In this document: one piece after another, positions 60,972-64,000 of the stretch
How the letters are laid out: every line of letters starts with the position of its first letter
Numbering within the stretch: the stretch's first letter is position 1
DNA from: Chromatiales bacterium
GTDB lineage: Bacteria; Pseudomonadota; Gammaproteobacteria; Poriferisulfidales; Oxydemutatoraceae
Length of the DNA: 64,000 nt
Assembly: GCA_014323925.1 (NCBI GenBank)
Contig: JACONC010000002.1
Span: forward strand, 58,571-122,570
Direction of reading: 5' to 3'
The notes under the pieces: model-generated
Databases searched by the model: none
Seen by the model: only the letters and a program-made list of their open reading frames with translations
What the model was told of the DNA's origin: nothing
Made by a program: the position numbers and the translations under genes

Positions 60972-62573
60972 CTACTTAGTATCCCAGTGTAGATTTTCGC
61001 GCAGTTTAATTCTCAGTAGCAATAAACTAATAAAATAAACAATGGCACCTGATACGACGAGGCCGGCTAGTGTGCTGACCCGATAAGGTGCACTCCAAGT
61101 ATTCCAATCGGGCAACATCCGCATAACTAAAACAAGCAGTAACCCCATCATCAATGACGCAATGAGTATCTTTTTGGCAAATGTTTTAGTTTCTGTCTCA
61201 ATGCGGAATATGCCATGGTGGCGGAGCGCACGATACAATAAAAAGCTATTCAGTAATGCCGATACACTGGTTGCCAACGCTAATGCGGCATGCGGTGCAA
61301 CCCAGCCTATATACTGCCATAGTAAAACAAAAACAATATTCAATGCGATGTTGCTAAGCATCGCAACCACTGCGATACGCATAGGAAGTTTCGTGTTTTG
61401 ATGCGCAAAAAAAGCACAAGAAAATATCTTAATCAGCATAAACATAGGTAGCCCTATGGCATAAGCCATCAGACTGATGCTCACCATCAATGTATCGTCA
61501 GCGGTGAATTGGCGATATTGTATCAACGAGACAAGTATCGGTTTTGCTAACACAACTAGTCCGACTACACACGGCAAAGCAAGCATTAACGCGGCGCGTA
61601 TACCCCAATCCATCGTGCGCTTAAAACTATCTATATCAGTGGCAGTGCGGTGCTCCGATAGACGCGCCAGCAACACCGTGCTAATAGCGATGCCGAAGAC
61701 ACCCATCGGCAGTTCGACAAAGCGATCCGAGATATAAAGCCAGCTAATGCTACCGGCGACTAAAAATGATGCTATCAGCGTATCAAATAAGAGATTCACT
61801 TGCACAATAGCAGAACTGAACACTGCCGGTAGCATCAGCTTTCCGACGCGTCGCACCCCGCGATGATAGAAATCCAGTCGTAATCGGAAAGACCAACCAA
61901 TACGCCTAAGCCAAAGTACTATGAAGCTAAGTTGTGCTATACCAGCGATTAAAACCCCCCAAGCAAGCGCAGTGATTGGTTCATCCATTTTAGGCGCAGC
62001 CCACAATGTTGCAATAATCAATGATAAATTCATCAACACCGGCGTAAAAGCCGGTGCGCCGAAATGACCGTAACTATTGAGTATGCCAACTGCAAGCGCA
62101 GTCAGAGAAATAAATAACAGATAGGGAAAAGTGATACGCAACATCTGTGCTGATAAATCAAATCTATCACTTTCATCTATAAAACCCGGAGCGAAAATGG
62201 TAATCAATAGCGGTGCGGCGACTATGCCAATGGCAGTGATAACAAGCAATATGACGCCGAGCGTGCCGGCAGCACAATCGGCAAACCGATGCAATTCTGC
62301 ATCACTGGAATGTTTTTTATATTCTTGGAATACTGGCACGAAAGCCTGAGAGAGTGCCCCTTCTCCGAACAGTCGACGCATCAAGTTGGGCAACCTAAAC
62401 GCGACCAAAAAAGCATCAGTGGCACCACCTGCACCGAATATAATGAAGATAATCGCATCTCTGGCATAGCCTAAAACACGCGACAGCATAGTCAAAAGAC
62501 TAAACGAAGCGGTTGACTTAACGAGTTTCTTCCCTAGACTCAACGAGCGATCTGGTATTGCTTGCTTAGTCAA
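60972..62573 (-). CDS. murJ: Lipid II flippase MurJ (MviN)
   Basis: 14-TM MOP-family protein with MurJ N-terminal motifs (SRVLGYARD, DAFLVAFRLPN). Confidence 0.9.
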   Translation of the reverse strand: MTKQAIPDRSLSLGKKLVKSTASFSLLTMLSRVLGYARDAIIFIIFGAGGATDAFLVAFRLPNLMRRLFGEGALSQAFVPVFQEYKKHSSDAELHRFADCAAGTLGVILLVITAIGIVAAPLLITIFAPGFIDESDRFDLSAQMLRITFPYLLFISLTALAVGILNSYGHFGAPAFTPVLMNLSLIIATLWAAPKMDEPITALAWGVLIAGIAQLSFIVLWLRRIGWSFRLRLDFYHRGVRRVGKLMLPAVFSSAIVQVNLLFDTLIASFLVAGSISWLYISDRFVELPMGVFGIAISTVLLARLSEHRTATDIDSFKRTMDWGIRAALMLALPCVVGLVVLAKPILVSLIQYRQFTADDTLMVSISLMAYAIGLPMFMLIKIFSCAFFAHQNTKLPMRIAVVAMLSNIALNIVFVLLWQYIGWVAPHAALALATSVSALLNSFLLYRALRHHGIFRIETETKTFAKKILIASLMMGLLLVLVMRMLPDWNTWSAPYRVSTLAGLVVSGAIVYFISLLLLRIKLRENLHWDTK

Positions 62574-62612
62574 TTTATCCGTAGACTCTAGTCATAAAAC
62601 AGCCTTGCTTGA

Positions 62613-63605
62613 TTAATTCTGTTTTTCTAATTTTTCAATAATTTTTTCAGCTAAAGACTTAAAATCATTATAACAACTAGATACTGCTTTTTGCTGTGCA
62701 CCGATAACACCGTCGGCTGGTTTCAACATAAACATTGGTTTGTTTGCCTCCTGAGCAATCGGCATCAATGATCGATAATCCTTTAAGTGTGCCAGAAGAT
62801 ATTCGTCATTGTCCACTTTAGTGACTTGAGGTTTGGCTTCTTGAAGCACTGATTCTCTATACTCTAAAGGCATTTTTTCAATCCATCTGGCATAGGCTTT
62901 GACCGGACGGCTTAAGTGAATTGAATGTCTCATCAAAATATAGCCAAGTGGTTGCATAGCACCTGATGGTAGATTGAGGTCTAAACCTTTCGGTTTCCCT
63001 TTGGTGCGCTTTGCCCATGCTTCTCTCCATTTTATAAGCGTAGGTCCTACATTGCGCAGACCTTGTAGTGAAAACAAATCGGCTGCAAGAGGAATGATAA
63101 CGAAATTACTAGCTATTAAAGCTGCTCTATTAATAGCGCCTAAATTAGGACCAACATCTATCAATACTAGATCTGCTTTAAAGGTATCATGCGCATAATT
63201 TATTGTTCGAGCAAACGCTGTTATCACACGAAATGCCCTTGGATTGTCTTGATCTAGACAATTAGACCATTGGGTAGACAATTCATCCTCTCGCTTTGAT
63301 AATTCTAAGTCTCCGGCTAGCAAGCCTATTCGTTCGTCTATTTCCTCAATATGAGGGGATGTAGAAATATCGCCTATTCCGTCAAATAGAGGTAAGATAT
63401 CTTGGTTGATGGTTTGTTTATTTTGGTCTTGCCAAATTTCTAATAACCTCTCTTCGCTTAGGAACATGCTACTGAGGTTGGCTTGCGGATCTAAGTCGGC
63501 GACGATGATGCGATATCCCAATTCGGAAAACATCCATGACAAATGATAGACCAATGATGTCTTCCCGACTCCACCCTTATTATTAAAAAGTGCTATTGCT
63601 TTCAA
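62613..63605 (-). CDS. ParA/MinD-family P-loop ATPase (enlarged, 330 aa)
   Basis: Deviant Walker A NNKGGVGKTS, DLDPQANLS motif. Confidence 0.7.
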   Translation of the reverse strand: MKAIALFNNKGGVGKTSLVYHLSWMFSELGYRIIVADLDPQANLSSMFLSEERLLEIWQDQNKQTINQDILPLFDGIGDISTSPHIEEIDERIGLLAGDLELSKREDELSTQWSNCLDQDNPRAFRVITAFARTINYAHDTFKADLVLIDVGPNLGAINRAALIASNFVIIPLAADLFSLQGLRNVGPTLIKWREAWAKRTKGKPKGLDLNLPSGAMQPLGYILMRHSIHLSRPVKAYARWIEKMPLEYRESVLQEAKPQVTKVDNDEYLLAHLKDYRSLMPIAQEANKPMFMLKPADGVIGAQQKAVSSCYNDFKSLAEKIIEKLEKQN

Positions 63606-64000
63606 GGTCTTCTCTCCACTGTTGCAGAAACAAAATTTTCCTGTATATCAAAACTAGCCTGCTTATTACCGTTCTCTTTTAAGGTCCGCTCGACTGTGGC
63701 AAGACCCATGCCAAATCTCTGCATAAAACCCATGTTCTTCATTGCTTCAGCAATAGTAGGATTGCGATAACCCGTGTATCCTCTCCCGAAATTCTTGCGG
63801 GATACCCCGTAAAGACCGCCTGGGCTAACAATGGTAATTTTGTCTGCATACCAATAAACTCGTATTGGTGTATAACAACCTTGGTAATCTCTATGAATAA
63901 CTGCGTTGCGCACAAGTTCTCGCAATGCCTCATAAGGATAATCCGGCAACTGCGCATGGGTTTCTCCGCTTGTATCCAGTGCGGTAGATATATTGGCTTT
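63602..64000 (-). CDS. C-terminal part of an AlbA_2/HATPase_c_4 ('RecG-like' putative DNA-binding ATPase) protein; gene continues beyond window
   Basis: ELVRNAVIHRDY signature; frame stays open to position 64000; ORF-track 'M' at 63949 is a TTG, not the real start. Confidence 0.55.
   Translation of the reverse strand, partial: KANISTALDTSGETHAQLPDYPYEALRELVRNAVIHRDYQGCYTPIRVYWYADKITIVSPGGLYGVSRKNFGRGYTGYRNPTIAEAMKNMGFMQRFGMGLATVERTLKENGNKQASFDIQENFVSATVERRP

Overview
This is a chromosomal window from a gammaproteobacterium. soxY/soxZ, tandem rhodaneses, cytochrome c5 and a TupA-like tungstate-binding protein point to a sulfur-oxidising chemolithotroph; assigning it to a specific lineage would be speculation. 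Almost all of the window is syntenic housekeeping backbone: tupCA, ftsH-glmM-tpiA-secG-tRNA-Leu, lptCAB, rnt, pyrC, argG, lysC, msrB, pnp-rpsO, hspQ, iscRSUA-hscBA-fdx, epmB, a DASS transporter, htpX, cytochrome c5, yifB, ubiK, nadA, two minor pilins, pyrB-pyrC'-pyrK-like, yggS, lysA, soxYZ with rhodaneses, a NUDIX protein, bolA, tatD, dinB, tRNA-Thr/Arg and murJ. Two apparent horizontally acquired defence insertions interrupt it. The first (16011..23610, minus strand, visibly more AT-rich than its flanks) is a four-gene Type III restriction-modification operon: a beta-class mod and an SF2 res, followed on the same strand by a TcmP-like gene and a DUF5131 'three-Cys-motif' (Gp37/Gp68) gene, a conserved pair of unknown function. 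It sits between rpsO and hspQ. The second (32270..37210, minus strand, visibly more GC-rich) is a single 1646-aa polypeptide with Mrr-like nuclease, SF2 helicase and gamma-class N6-adenine methyltransferase-TRD domains, the Type ISP R-M architecture. It lies between epmB and the transporter and carries an in-frame 24-bp tandem duplication. A ParA-like ATPase next to a truncated AlbA_2/HATPase_c_4 gene at the right edge, and a MerR/B12-like regulator divergent from an AlkB-family membrane hydroxylase, are further accessory modules. No CRISPR array, integrase, transposase or rRNA was seen. The ORF track appears to use TTG/GTG starts as well as ATG, so several 5' ends are approximate.
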